DNA from: the human T2T-CHM13v2.0 reference genome, Homo sapiens
NCBI RefSeq assembly: GCF_009914755.1
Contig: NC_060925.1
Direction: 5' to 3' (one strand)
DNA length: 64,000 bases
Shown here: positions 1 to 30,186 of the stretch, one piece after another
Layout of the letters: every line of letters starts with the position of its first letter
Numbering within the stretch: position 1 is the first letter of the stretch
Translations under genes and position numbers: made by a program
The notes under the pieces: generated by a model
Told to the model about the DNA's origin: nothing
The model's database searches: none
What the model saw: only the letters and a program-made list of their open reading frames with translations

Positions 1-400
1 ACTCTCCACTTGCTCAAAGTGCCTGCCTTTCAGTCTGTACTGGAGGCCACACTTCCCAGTCTATCAGAAAGGCCCCCTTACGGGCTGTAACCCATGTAAA
101 AAGTAAAGCTCTGCTTTCTAAATTTATAATTTGTTGGCCAGCCACAATGGCTCACACCTGTAATCCCAACACTTTGGGAGGCCAAGGTGGGAGGATCACT
201 TGAGTCCAGGAGTTCAAGACCAGCTTGGGCAACACAGTGAGACCTCATCTCTACAAAAAATACAAAAATTAGGGGCTGGGTGTGGTGGTTCATGCCTGTG
301 ATTCCAGCACTTTGGGAGGCCAAGGCAGGCGGATCACTTGGGGTCAAGAATTCAAGAACAGCCTGACCAACATGGTGAAATCCCGTCTCTACTAAAACTA

Positions 401-794
<394 letters not shown>

Positions 795-869
795 TTATTT
801 TAATTTGCAATATACTTAATTACAATTCCAAGAGTATACATATGTTAAATGATTGTCTTTGAGGGCAGT

Positions 870-1605
<736 letters not shown>

Positions 1606-2998
1606 TTAGTTGTGGTGATAAGGTGGTCTTCACTGGGTTTAGGCAACAAGAAATAAAGATGTGCATTGTCAGTAAATAATTCTAAAATAGACTAAATGTT
1701 ACTCTGCTATTCAATATCATCATGTACTAGCAATTTTAAACAATGTCTAAAAGTTATAAAATATTTCTCGGCCAGGCGCGGTGGCTCATGCCTGTAATCC
1801 CAGCACTTTGGGAGGCCGAGGCAGGTGGATCGCCTGAGGTTGGGAGTTCGAGACCAGCCTGACTAACATGGAGAAACTCCATCTCTCCTAAAAATACAAA
1901 ATTATCCGGGCATGGTGGTGCATGCCTGTAATCCCAGCTACTCAAGAGGCTGAGGCAGGAGAATCACTTGAACCCAGGAGGCAGAGGTTGCGGTGAGCTG
2001 AGATCACACCATTGTACTCTAGCCCAGGCAACTGAGCGCAACGCCATCTAAAAAAAAAAAAAAAAAAAATTTCTCCCCACCTTAGCAGACCACTCCTACT
2101 GCTCATTTCCATCAACCTTGGTGTGCCCTAAGATGACTTAAGGATTTGAGGACTAGAGTACTAGAAAGTTTTACTGAGGGCTGGGCAAGGTAGCTCACAC
2201 CTGTAATCCCAGCACTATGGGAGGCGGAGGCAGGCAGATCACAAGGTCAGGAGTTTGAGACCACCCTGGCCAATATGGTGAAACCCCATCTCTACTACAA
2301 ATACAAAAGTTAGCTGGGCATGGTGACGGGCACCTGTAGTCTCAGCTACTTGGGAGACTGAGGCAGGAGAATCACTTAAACCCGGGAGAGGTTGCAGTGA
2401 GCCAAGATTGCATCACTACACTCCAGCCTGGGTGACAAAGTGAGACTCCATCTCAAAAAAAAAAAAGAAAGTTGTTCTGAATTTTGTTGGGAAAGGCTAT
2501 GATCAGAGCAGGTTTTAGGGGAGGGGAGGGGTGCAGGTGAGATTGGGAGTTCAGTTCTGAACATTTTAAATTTGAGCTATTTATTCAACATTCAAGCAGT
2601 TCAAGCAGTGTTGTTGGGTAGAATAAGTAAGTCTGGAGTTTAGGGAAAAGATCTGGGCTAGAAATGTACCTTTGGAAGTTGCTGGCATACAAACGGTTTG
2701 GTTTTTTGGTTTTTTGGTTTTTTGTTTGTTTGTTTGTTTGTTTTTGAGACAGGGTCTTAACACTGTGGCCCAGGCTGGAGAGCAGTGGCGTAATCTTGGC
2801 TCAGTGCAATCTCTGCCTCCCGGATTCAAACAATCCTTCCACCTCAGCCTTCTAAGTAGCTGGGACCACAGGCACGCGCCACCACACTCAGTTAATTTTT
2901 GTATTTTTTGTATAGACAGGATCTTGCTATGTTGCTTGGTCTGGTCTTGAATGTCTGAGCTCAAGCAATCTGCCGTGAGCCACGGTGCCCAGCCTTAG

Positions 2999-3232
<234 letters not shown>

Positions 3233-4116
3233 TGAACTCCTGATTTCGTGATCTGCCTGCCTCGGCCTCCCAAAGTTCTGGGATTACAGGCGTGAGCCAC
3301 GGTACCAGGCCCTTAGTCTGCATCTTATATGTTGCTGTTATTTGTGTTTTTATCCTGGATTCTTTTCTTTTTCATCCATGAAAAAGATTCCATGTGCTCA
3401 AATTCATGTACTAATTGTGCTCAAATTTAAATCTCTAGTACAGACTTCTCTGCCCAGATCCCGGCTCCCACAGCCATCAACTGCTTATTAGACTTTTCCA
3501 CACATGAATATCCAACAGATAGCGAAAATCCAACATATCTAAACATTCACATATCTTTGCCTCCTCTCCAAGTGTACTGATGTTTTTGTTTGTTTGTTTG
3601 TTTGTTGTTTTGAGACGGAGTCTCGCTCTATTGCCCCAGCTGGAGTGCAATGGCACGATCTCGGCTCACTGCAACCTCTGCCTCCGGGATTCAAGTGATT
3701 CTTCTGCTTCAGCTGCCCAAGTAGCCAGGACAACAGGCAGGCGCCACCATGCCCAGCTAATTTTTGCATTTTTGGTAGAGATTGGGTTTTGCCATGTTGG
3801 CCAGGCTGGTCTTGAACTCTTGACCTCAGGTGATCCAACTGCCTCGGCCTCCCAAAGTTCTGGGATTACAGACGTGAGCCACCGCACCTGGCCGCCAAAC
3901 CTACTATTAATCCCCATGTCTGTGAGTGACACCAGCATTCACCCAGTTGCCAAGAAAATTATATTTGACTTCTCTCTCTCACCCAGTGATCCCAGAAATC
4001 TCAGGTATTGTATTTCCTTTACCTACATTCCTTCCTCCAAGTCACCACTGAGTGTGGTAAGGATTAAATAAGCTAATCCATACAAAGCATTTAGAATAGG
4101 GTCTGAAACATAGTAA

Positions 4117-4535
<419 letters not shown>

Positions 4536-4999
4536 TTATTGAATGGATGAATAATGAGATCGTAGAAGAAGACAGACTAGAGAAGCTATTCAAAGATACA
4601 TTGTAGCAGTGTTGAGGAAGATAGGAAAAAGAACCAATAAAAAAAAGCTTTGAGGAAGGGAATAGATGAAACAAGATAGTACTGCATTTCAGGAAGCCCA
4701 GACAGTGTGAACTTGGGAAAAAACAAGACTGCCAATAGGGTCCCGTACTTCAGGAGACAGAGAAAACGAGAGTAGAAAGAAGCCACTCTGTAGAATGATT
4801 GGGGGTACTCCTTGCAGGGAGTCATTTCAGGCTCTCCCTGTAGCCCACACCTCTCTTTCCATCCCCTCCTGGAAGCAATGGTCATGGGATAAGGATAGAA
4901 TAATAAAATAAAATGAATAAAATAACATTTTTAAAAGGTGAGGCATGGTGGCTCACACCAGTAATCCCAGCACTTTGGGAGGCCAAGGCAAATGGTTCA

Positions 5000-5254
<255 letters not shown>

Positions 5255-6200
5255 CTACAAAATGAGAGTTACACAGACATAACTTCACAATTACTATGCA
5301 AGGACCTGCTAATTGTATCATGTCAACTGTTTATTATTATAGAAACTCTATGACCAGCGAGGTGGCTCACGCCTGTAATCCCAGCACTTTGGGAGGCCAA
5401 GGCCAGAAGTTCAAGATCAGCCTGGCCAACATGGCAAAACCCTGTCTCTACTAAAAATACAAAAATCAGTCGGGTGTAGTGGCACACACCTGTAATCCCA
5501 GCTACTCGGGAAGCTGAGATAGGAGAATCGCTTGAACCCAGGAGGTGGAGGTTATAGTCAGCCAACATTGTGCCACTGTATTTCAGCCTGGGTGACAAAG
5601 AGACTCGGTCTAAAAAAAAAAAAAAAAGAAGGAAACTTTATTACTACAAATATTAAGTACTGCTAAAGTTTATTAGCATATAACATTGACATGATTTCTT
5701 CCTATTTTTTTATTATGTTAAAATACGTGGGCTGGGCATGGTGGCTCACACCTGTAAGCCAAGCACTTTGGGAGGCCAAGTCAGGCGAATCACATGAGGC
5801 CAGGAATTTGAGACTAGCCTGGCCAACATGGTGAAACGCTGTCTCTACTAAAAATACAAAAATTAGCTGAGTGTGGTGGTGCATGCCTGTAATCCCAGCT
5901 ACTTGGGAGGCTGAGGCACGAGAATCACTTGAACCTGGAAGTCAGAGGGTGTGGTGAGCTGAGATTGCGCCATTGCACTCCAGGCTGGGCAACAGAACAA
6001 GATTCTGTCTCAAAAAATAAATAAATAAATAAAATAAAATAAAATGCATGAGCTGGGCATGGTGGCTAATCCCTGTAATCCCAGCACTTTGGGAGGCTGA
6101 GGTGGGAAGACTGCTTGAGCCCAGGAGTTTGAAACCAGCCTGGATAACATAGCAAGACCCCATCTCTTAAAAATAAATAAATAAATAAATAAAAAATTAG

Positions 6201-6413
<213 letters not shown>

Positions 6414-6699
6414 TAATTTTTTTGTATTTCTAGTAGAGACAGGGTTTGGCCATATTGGCCAGGCTGGTCTTGAACTCCTGACCTCAAGTGATCTGCCAGC
6501 CTTGGCCTTCCAAAGTGCTGGGATTACAGGGGTGAGCCACCACACCAAGCCCTTGGTGCTTGCTTGGGAGGCTGAGATGGGAGGATCATTTGAGCCCAGG
6601 AGGTCAAGGCTCCAGTGAGCTACAGTCACATCACTGCACTCCAGTGTGGGTGACAGAATGAGACACTGTCTCTAAAAAACAAAAAACAGAACATAAAAT

Positions 6700-7710
<1,011 letters not shown>

Positions 7711-8997
7711 TGATATTATTTTAGACTGTTGTAAATAATAAAATCCTAAATCACGAAATAATTTCTCCCCAGACATCAGAAAAAAATGTTTACTTAATTT
7801 GTTTTCCATTTAAAACTTTTTTTTTTCTTTGGAGGCAGTCTTGCCATGTCTCCCAGGCTGGAGTAGAGTGGTGCAGTCATCGCTTATCACAGCCTCAAAC
7901 TCCTGGGCTCAGGCAATCCTCTAGCCTCAGCACCCTGAGTAGCAAGGACTACAAGCACATGCCACCACACTTGGCTAATTTAAAATTTTTTTCTTGCGTA
8001 GAGATGAGGTCTTGCTGTGTTACCCTGGCTGATCTTAAGGTCCTGGCTTCAAGCGATCCTCCCTCCTTTGGCATTCCAAAGTGCTGGGATTACAGGTATG
8101 AGCTACAGTGCCCAACAACAACAGAAAAATTTTAAATCATGAGATCCAGGAAAAAAAAAAAAGCCTGTTAAAAAAATTTTATTGGCCGGACATAGTGGCT
8201 CACACCTGTAATCCTAGCACTTTGAGAGGCTGAGGCAGGAGGATTGCCGGAGGCCAGGTGTTTGAGACCAGCTTGAGCAACATAGCAAGACTCCATCTCT
8301 ACTGTGTAAAAACATGGGCCAGGAACGGTGGCTCACACCTGTAATCCCAGCACCTTGGGAGGCTGAGGTGGATGGATTGCTTGAGTTCAGGGGTTTGAGA
8401 CCAGCCTGGGCAACATGGCAAAAACCCATCTCTACCAAAAAAAAAAAAAAGAAAAAAGAAGGAGAATAAAATTAGTGGGGTGTGGGGGCATTCCTCTGTG
8501 GTCCCAGGTACTCAAGAGGGTGAGGTAGGAATGGATCACTTGAGCCAGCGAGGCAGAGGTTGCAGTGAGCCCAGATGGTGCCACTACACTCCTGCCTGGG
8601 TGACAGAGTAAACCCTGTCTCAAAAATAAATAAATGCATACATACATAAATACATAAATAAATGCAAGAAACTTATTTTTCTCTAGACAGCAGGGCAAAT
8701 TTCTTTTTTTTTTTTTTCGGTTAAATTCGTCCAATATTTGTTGAATTGTGAATGGTTGCAAACGTTGCTGCAATCAGAGACTCACCCATCCTGTTGCCTC
8801 TCTTGGCTTCCCTTTGAGAAGGAAGCCTGAGGCGGGACATCCCCCAAACTCTGGGAGACAACTGGGGAGACACGGGGTATGCATAGAGATATGATGAAAT
8901 CGGGGAACAGGTAGGGCGGTGTGGATTCCGGGGAAGACACATACAAACAGACTCTACCACACAGAGGTAAAGACCAGGGGTGTCAACCTCTGCCCCC

Positions 8998-9075
8998 AAC
9001 AGCAGCTGCGAGAACAGGGGAAGACCAGGCGTCCATGAGACATTTCAGTTCTTCCTGTCATGAAGCATCTGCTGA
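8998..9075 (-). promoter_or_regulatory. Degenerate SECIS element in the 3' UTR of the SELENOW retrocopy
   Basis: Minus strand CAGCAGATGCTTC-ATGA-CAGGAAGAACT-GAAATGTCTCATGGACGCCT-GGTCTTCCCC-TGTTCTCGCAGCTGCTG. The 5' AUGA core, helix II and apical AAA are visible, but the 3' GA of the core is absent. Confidence 0.75.
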
Positions 9076-9207
9076 GAGGAGCTGGGTCAAGGTCCCTGGA
9101 CTCTGCCTTCAGGGCACATTAGCCCTGAGCCAAGGCAGCTTTGATGGCAGCCACCAGCTTCAGAAACTTGTTTTCTGTGTCCACATAGCCATCACCTTTC
9201 TTCTTAG

Positions 9208-9621
<414 letters not shown>

Positions 9622-10179
9622 TAACTTCTTCTTGAGCTGAAGATACTTGGACTTGTAGCCTCAAGTGCCACATAAACCACTCGCGAGAGCCATGGCTCTG
9701 GGCTGCCACCCTCGCTGGGGAGCAGAGACCTGGGTCACAGAGACCTCCTGCCTGGACGCATGAGGTCTGCACCACAAATTTATTTAAAAAGGAATTTTAT
9801 TCATTTAAAATATATGCATACAGTTGCTTACTATAATCTAGGCACTGTCTTAAGCATTTGTTTCCACCAGCTACACTAAATGACTCATCTACATCACCAG
9901 ATTTCAGGAGAAATTAGATGCACTGCCAGAAGAAAAGGAAATACTTTAGATACTAGTTTTAGCAAAACATGGCATTAATACATTGCAGATGGAGCAGGAT
10001 GTGAATTTACCTACAACTTCCACACTCTGTAACTGATGGATTTTGAGAAAAACTAGGAAAAAACAGTGACAAAGAATCCATTAAACCAAATTACTTTTTG
10101 ACTATATATCTACTTGGCCACATAATTTTGCATATTAAACAGCAACTGTAGTTAAAATTATCTATCTCAGATAAGAATC

Positions 10180-14745
<4,566 letters not shown>

Positions 14746-15697
14746 AAAAAGATAAAAAATATAAAGGAAATTGGGGAACTATGCTGTCTCCCCGGGGACC
14801 TTTCTGCTGAGTCAAGGTGGCCTCTCTGGGCAGTAGGATGAAGCCCGACTCTCTGGTCAACTCATTGTTCACGAAGTCCTTTCCCACAGCAGCTGAGGGA
14901 CAAAGTCACAGTCCCTGCCCAGTCCTCTGCACCAGCCACCCCTCTGGTTTAACCTGTCCCAGGTCTTCCCCCTTGACTACACCCTCTAAATCCTAGAGTG
15001 GGGAGAGAATGAAGATGTGAGGTGACAGATGAGGTCTCTTCCCCAGCCAGAGGGTGCAGAAAGCCCCAACATAACACATGTCCTGAAACCCAAAGAGAAG
15101 ACAGAAATTGTCAGCAAAGGTTAGCTAGCTCCTGAGGTCATAAGCAACCTTATTTTTATTTTGTGTTCCCAAATGTGTTGTCTGGAACATGTATACATAT
15201 TACGTATTAAAGCAAAAGCAAAATCAGAATAAATATTGTCTTCCAAGTTGTCTTTGTGTGTGTTTTGGTTTTGTGGTTTATTCCTCTTTCTTTTCAGTTG
15301 GATAGAAGCCAGGCTCCTTTCTCCCAGCACACGCACAGACTCAGCACACACAGAAACCCCAGGAATTAAATGACTCTCCAAAATGATAAGTAGGAAGAAG
15401 GGGGTGGGGTAGAGAGGGAGGAAGGGGGAGAGAGGAGGCCTTTTCCCCTGACCTGGGGAGGAGCCCTAGTCCAGGAGAGGTCAGGGTGTGCAAAGGCCTC
15501 TGGGTAGGAATAGGAACAGGGCCATTGGCCAAGTGCCCTCTGCTCTGTTACTCCCAGAGCCGGCTCCTACCCTCAGGCCTGGGAGCCCGCCGTCTGCTAG
15601 TAAGGGGCTTCAGGAGTTGGGGGAGTGCAGATGAGGAGTAGCTCTCTTTTTCTCACATTCCCTCTTAAACCTCAGTTTTTTTGTTTTTTTTTTTTTA

Positions 15698-21965
<6,268 letters not shown>

Positions 21966-22212
21966 TTGGTGCCTCTGAAAGAAGAAAGGGAAGTAATCTA
22001 TGTAAATAAATATATACTTAAAATGGTGACTGGGGAAAACAAACAAAAGAAATATATACAAATGCCATGTCCTGCGTTTGCATGAGGTTTGTTTCACAGC
22101 AAAGTAGTTACGCTTGCAAACTCTAAACTCCTGGGATCAGACATTTGGGCTGAATTGTATTTGCTTATTATAATAGCATTTCTCACTATTTACCAACCTC
22201 CATTTTCATTTC

Positions 22213-22797
22213 CTTTTTTTTTTTCTTTTTAACAGCCCAGAGGTCTTTTTTTTTTTCTTTTTCTTTTTAACACCTATTATGCCATGAATTCATGGGGAAT
22301 AGGTTCCAGCAGCTCAGGCTCCTTCCCACTGGTTCTCACAAAGTGCGTTTCTCTGGGTGGAACAGGCTGGCGCTTCAGTCGAACCCAGGTACCTTTCTCT
22401 TTGGCTTCTTTCTTTTTCTGATCATTTTCCTTCATGCACTTCAGGAAGCTATCCTGACTCTTAGAATGCTTAATATGCTCAATACGCACATCAATTCTCC
22501 GGCAAGAATCTTGCCCTTAACTTGTTTGTTTACAACAATGCCAACAGGACGCTGAGGAACATTGTAGACTCTTCCAGTTTAGACATGGTAACACTGTGGG
22601 GCATTCCTTTTTGAACAGTGCCCATTCCCTTGATGTCTACAATATCACCTTTCTTATAGGTTTGCATATATGGGGCCAAAGGAACAACTCCATGTTTTCT
22701 CAAAGGCCTAGAGAACATATATCGGATGCCTCTCCTCTTTCCCTTTGTGTTCATCATTTTGGCAAATTACTGGAAGACGGCAGTTCTGGCCAAAAGA
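22213..22797 (-). pseudogene. RPL21: Full-length processed pseudogene of 60S ribosomal protein L21
   Basis: ORFs 22757-22530 ([27 protein letters not shown]...) and 22489-22277 ([16 protein letters not shown]...EPIPHEFMA) match RPL21. There are 1-nt deletions near 22594 and 22499 and an in-frame TAA at 22581-22579. 5' UTR, 3' UTR and A-tail are present. TSD is CTCCATTTTCATTTC (22198-22212) / CTCTATTTTCATTTC (22798-22812). The symbol given is the parent gene. Confidence 0.96.
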
Positions 22798-22986
22798 CTC
22801 TATTTTCATTTCTCACCAATCTCTATTTTCATCTGTATATTTTTCATCTGTACATATTTTTCTTCTCATTTCTACTAAGCCTGTTTCAACTTTGAGCATT
22901 TTCCATGAGCAAAATTATTCTACAGCGCTTTACATTCATAATCCCAGCATTTTGGGAGGCTGAGGCGGGCAGATTACCTGAGGTCA

Positions 22987-23340
<354 letters not shown>

Positions 23341-23344
23341 TCAC

Positions 23345-24181
<837 letters not shown>

Positions 24182-24293
24182 TGAACTCCTGGACTAAAGC
24201 GATCTGCCTGCATCAGCCTCCCAAAGTGCTGGAATTATAGGCATGAGTCACTGCACCCAGGCTAGCTGCATAAGTTTCTTTATTTATTTTTGA

Positions 24294-24725
<432 letters not shown>

Positions 24726-24827
24726 AGTAGTCTGTTGTAATATGTCAAACTGGACACATCTTTAATAGCTGAAAGAGACTGAGAAGTTATGGAATCTGAT
24801 CTACATGTCATTAAAGACTCTATTACC

Positions 24828-24878
24828 GTCTGCGGCCATACCACCCAGAACGCACCCAATCTCGTCTGACCTCAGAAG
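24828..24878 (+). pseudogene. 3'-truncated (tailless) 5S rRNA retropseudogene, nt 1-51
   Basis: GTCTGCGGCCATACCACCCAGAACGCACCCAATCTCGTCTGACCTCAGAAG matches the first 51 nt of recalled human 5S rRNA with 6 mismatches. TSD is AAGACTCTATTACC (24814-24827) / AAGACTCTACTACC (24876-24889). Confidence 0.9.
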
Positions 24879-26279
24879 ACTCTACTACCCGGGGTAAAGG
24901 GAAAAGATGGAAGAAATATGTAATTACCGTGTTTGTTTCACCAGCAATAACAGTGAAATGGGATAAGTGCTGTGATAACTCATTCTATGAGTGCCTTAAC
25001 CTAGTTCAGGGTGGGGACAGAAATATGAGGGGAGAGGAGAGTGATGCGGAGGCTGAGGTCTGAAGGGTGAATGGGAGCTGGTGGTAGGAACAGGAGAGTG
25101 TTCAGGTGAAGAAAACCGGTGGCAAGAACAGGATTACTGTGTTGAAAGGAACTGAGAAAACGTCAGTGTTGCTGGAGCCCACAGTGTGTGAGGTGAGTTC
25201 AGAGCTGTAGAGGCCAGGCGATGAGTCTCTTGTAAACCAAGTTAAGGAATTTTTACTTTGATTTTTATTCTGAGGGCAACAGAAAGCTATGAAAGGGTCG
25301 GGCACAGTGGCTCATGCCTGTAATCCCAGCCCTTTGCAAGACCAAGGCGGGCGGATCACTTGAGGTCAGGAGTTTGAGACCAGCCTGGCCACATGGCAAA
25401 ACCCCGTCTTTACTAAAAATACAAAAATTAGCTGAGCATGGTGGTGTGTGCCTGTAGTCCCAGTTACTCAGGAGGCTGAGACAAGGAGAATCACTTGAAC
25501 CCAGGAGGCGGAGGTTGCCATGAGCCAAGATTGCACAACTGCACTCCAGCCAAGATTGCGCAACTGCATTCCAGCCTGGGCGGCAGAGTAAGACTCTGCC
25601 TCAAACAAAAGAGAAAAGAGAAAAGAAAGAAAGCTGTGAAAGGACTTGGGGTTTTAAGAGCTGTGTTTCAAAAGGATGACTCTGGCTAGGCAGACGCACT
25701 CACCTATAAAATGGAAATAATACCTACTTCCCAGTGTTGCTGTGGCAATGAAATAAATATGAGCACAATGGCTCATAGTAAATACACAGTAGAATTGTCA
25801 TCAGAAGCAGTAGTAGGAAAAGTGACCCATAAATCAGATTTTGATTAGACACCTAAGAGAGTAAATCAGAAGTAACAACTGTGGCTGGGCACGGTGGCTC
25901 ACACCTGTAATCCCAGCACCTTAGGAGGTCAAGGCAGGCAGGTCGCTTGAGGCCAGGAGTTCGAGACCAGACTTGAGCCCAGGAGTTTAAGACCAGCCTG
26001 GGCAACATGGCAAAACCCCATCTTTACAAAAAAAAAAAATTACAAAAATGAGCCGAGTGTGGTTGTCTATTCCTGTGGTCCCAGCTCCTCAGGAGGCTGA
26101 GGTGGGAGGAACGCTTGAACCTGGGAGGGAGAGGTTCCAGTGACCCAAGATTGTGCCATTGCATTTCAGCTGGGTGACAGTTTGGGACCCTGTCTCAAAT
26201 AAATAAATAAATAAATATAAAAATGAGATACCTACACCTAAAAGAAGCAGAGGAGGCAATTCATTCACCAGTGAACTAG

Positions 26280-26729
<450 letters not shown>

Positions 26730-27541
26730 TAATGGTAAAATTCTAGAGAAGTTTCTGACTGGGAAATGAGAATTGAGATAAAGAGTTGAAGTAATAAATG
26801 GGCTGTAAATCTAAGTGTTAATTGAATGCTCCACTCAAACAACCCTCCACCACACAGCACAGCAGACTAGAACGGGAGGGTTCTTTTCTAAAGAAATTGA
26901 CCTTGTCAGGCAGTGGGGTGGGGGAGAGAAACTAAACACTCTCTGAAGATAATGAAGACAGTTGAAGCGGGAGCTACCGTCCCAAATAAATTCCTCCTTT
27001 AGAGGTACCCTTTCACCGTCATGGCCCCTCCCATTCCTCCAGAAATGAAGCCTTCAGTCAGAAATCAAGTACACGCGAAATCCTGGAGAGCCTTTGCATT
27101 CACTCTTTTTTTCTTTCTTTCTTTCTTTTTTTTTTTTTTTTTTTTTGAGACGGAGTCTCGCTCTTTCACCCAGGCCAGAGCGCAGTAGCGTGATCTCGGC
27201 TCACTGCAACCTCTGCCTCCCAGGATTACAGGAGTCAACCACCGCGCCCGGCCTGCCTGATGTACATTTTTAAGAAAGAGTGAATGCAGCCAGTCCCGGT
27301 GGCTCATGCCTGTAATCCCAGCACTTTGAGAGGCCGAAGCAGGCGGATCATCTGAGGTCGAGAGTTCGAGACTAGCCTGGCCAACATAGTGAAACCCTGT
27401 CTCTACTAAAAATACAAAAGTTGGCCGGACACGGTGGTTCACGCCTGTAATCCCAGCACTTTGGGAGGCCGAGGCGGGCGGATCACGAGGTCAGGAGATC
27501 GAGACCATCCTGGCTAACACAGTGAAACCCCGTCTCTACTA

Positions 27542-27751
<210 letters not shown>

Positions 27752-27896
27752 TCATGCCTATAATCCCAGCACTTCGGCAGGCTGAGACAGACAGAATGCT
27801 TGACCTCAGGAGCTCAAGACCAGCCTGGGGCCACACACAGTGGCTCACACCTGTAATCCCAGCACTTTGGGAGGCCGAGGCAGGTGGATCACTTCA

Positions 27897-28361
<465 letters not shown>

Positions 28362-28379
28362 TTACAGGCATTTGAGGAA

Positions 28380-28725
28380 AGCTTGCTATGTGAAAGAAGA
28401 CCAATATAAACAAGTATAAAAAAGGATTTCAGAGGTAGCACAGATAATTTAAGAGATCCTAGTTAGTATTTTTAGGGAAATGTGAGGCTATTGCATCCAT
28501 TAAACAACAACAGGGTGCTCTGAAAAATGAATAGAGAACAAGAAAGTCCTCTTGGAACTAAAAACCTGGTTGCTAAAATTAAAAAACAAATTGTAGTTGA
28601 AGGATTTGAAATAAAAGGTGGTAAAATTTCCCAGAATGCAGGAAGTTTGAGAACTGACCCCAAAATAAATAGAAAACTTGAAAAGGCCAACCATCAAGAA
28701 GAGATTTATCCAAGTCACAACATAA
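28380..28725 (+). mobile_element. Old L1/HAL1 ORF1 (coiled-coil) remnant
   Basis: A-rich sense strand; translation KNLVAKIKKQIVVEGFEIKGGKISQN resembles the ancient L1 ORF1p coiled coil. Confidence 0.5.
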
Positions 28726-28770
28726 GAAGGAGGAGGAGGAAGAGGAGGAGGAGGAGGAGGAGGAGGAAGA
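28725..28770 (+). repeat. (GGA)n repeat
   Basis: Visible directly. Confidence 0.9.
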
Positions 28771-28967
28771 AATAGAGATTGGAAAGTGACTAAATTGCTA
28801 TTATTTTCTTTTCTTTCTTTTTTTTTTTTTTTTGTTAAGACAGAGTTTTGCTCTTTTTGCCCAGGCTGGAGTGCAATGGCGGGATCTTGGCTCACTGTAA
28901 ACCTCCACCTCCCGGGTTCAAGCAATTCTCCTGCCTCAGCTCCCCAAGTAGCTGGGATTACAGGTGA

Positions 28968-29288
<321 letters not shown>

Positions 29289-30054
29289 TGACACCTGGCT
29301 AATTTTTGTATTTTTAGTAGAGACGGGGTTTCACCATTTTGGCCAGGCTGGTCTCGAACTCCTGACCTCAAGTGTTCCACCCGCCTCAGCCTCCCAAAGT
29401 TCTGGGATTACAGGCGTGAGCCATTGCGCCCAATCTTGGTATTGTAGTTTTGAAAGACAGGGTCTCTCTATTGCCCAGGCTGAGTGCACTGGCACCATCA
29501 TAGCTCACCGCAGCCTCAAAATCCCGGGCATCAGCGATCATCCTGTCTCAGCCTTCCATGTCGCTGGGACCACAGGCACATGCTACCACACCCTGCTAAA
29601 TTTTTAATTTTTTTGTAGAGACGGGGTTTCATCATGTTGCACAGGATGGTCTCATACTCCTGGGCTAAAGCTGTCCTCCTCTGTCGATCTTCCAAAGTGC
29701 TTGGACTACAGATATGAGCCACAATGCCTGGCTAAATATGATTTCTTTTCTTTTCTTCTTTCTCCTTTTTTTTTTGGAGATGGAGTGCCGCTCTGTCACC
29801 CAGGCTGGAGCGTAATGGCACGATCTCGGCTCACTGCAACCTCTGCCTCCCAGGTTCAGCGATTCTCCTGCCTCAGCCTCCTGAGTAGCTGGGATTACAG
29901 GCGCCCACCACCATGCCCAGCTAATTTTTGTCTTTTTAGTAGAGACGGCGTTTCACCAAGTTGGTCAGGCTGGTCTTGAACTCCTGACCTCGTGATCCGC
30001 CCACCTCAGCCTCCCAAAGTGCTGGGATTACAGGCATGAGCCACCGCGCCTGGA

Positions 30055-30124
30055 CTCTCTCTCTTTCTTCCTTCCTTCCTCCCTCTTTCCTTCCTTCCTT
30101 CCTTCTTTCTTTTCTTTCTTTCTT

Positions 30125-30163
<39 letters not shown>

Positions 30164-30186
30164 CTCTCTGTCTCTCTCTTTCTTTC
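30055..30186 (+). repeat. Pyrimidine-rich (CT/TTCC/TTTC)n repeat derived from an Alu tail
   Basis: Visible directly, adjacent to a minus-strand Alu. Confidence 0.9.

Noticed and set aside
9880-9888. Perfect AP-1 site ATGACTCAT
   Set aside because: A single short motif is not unexpected by chance in 64 kb, and there is no supporting context.
25525-25575. Short tandem duplications inside Alus (also ~29210, ~56375, ~62490)
   Set aside because: These are common slippage events with no further significance.
28527-28775. 82-aa Lys/Arg-rich ORF
   Set aside because: It is an old L1 ORF1 remnant plus a (GGA)n repeat.
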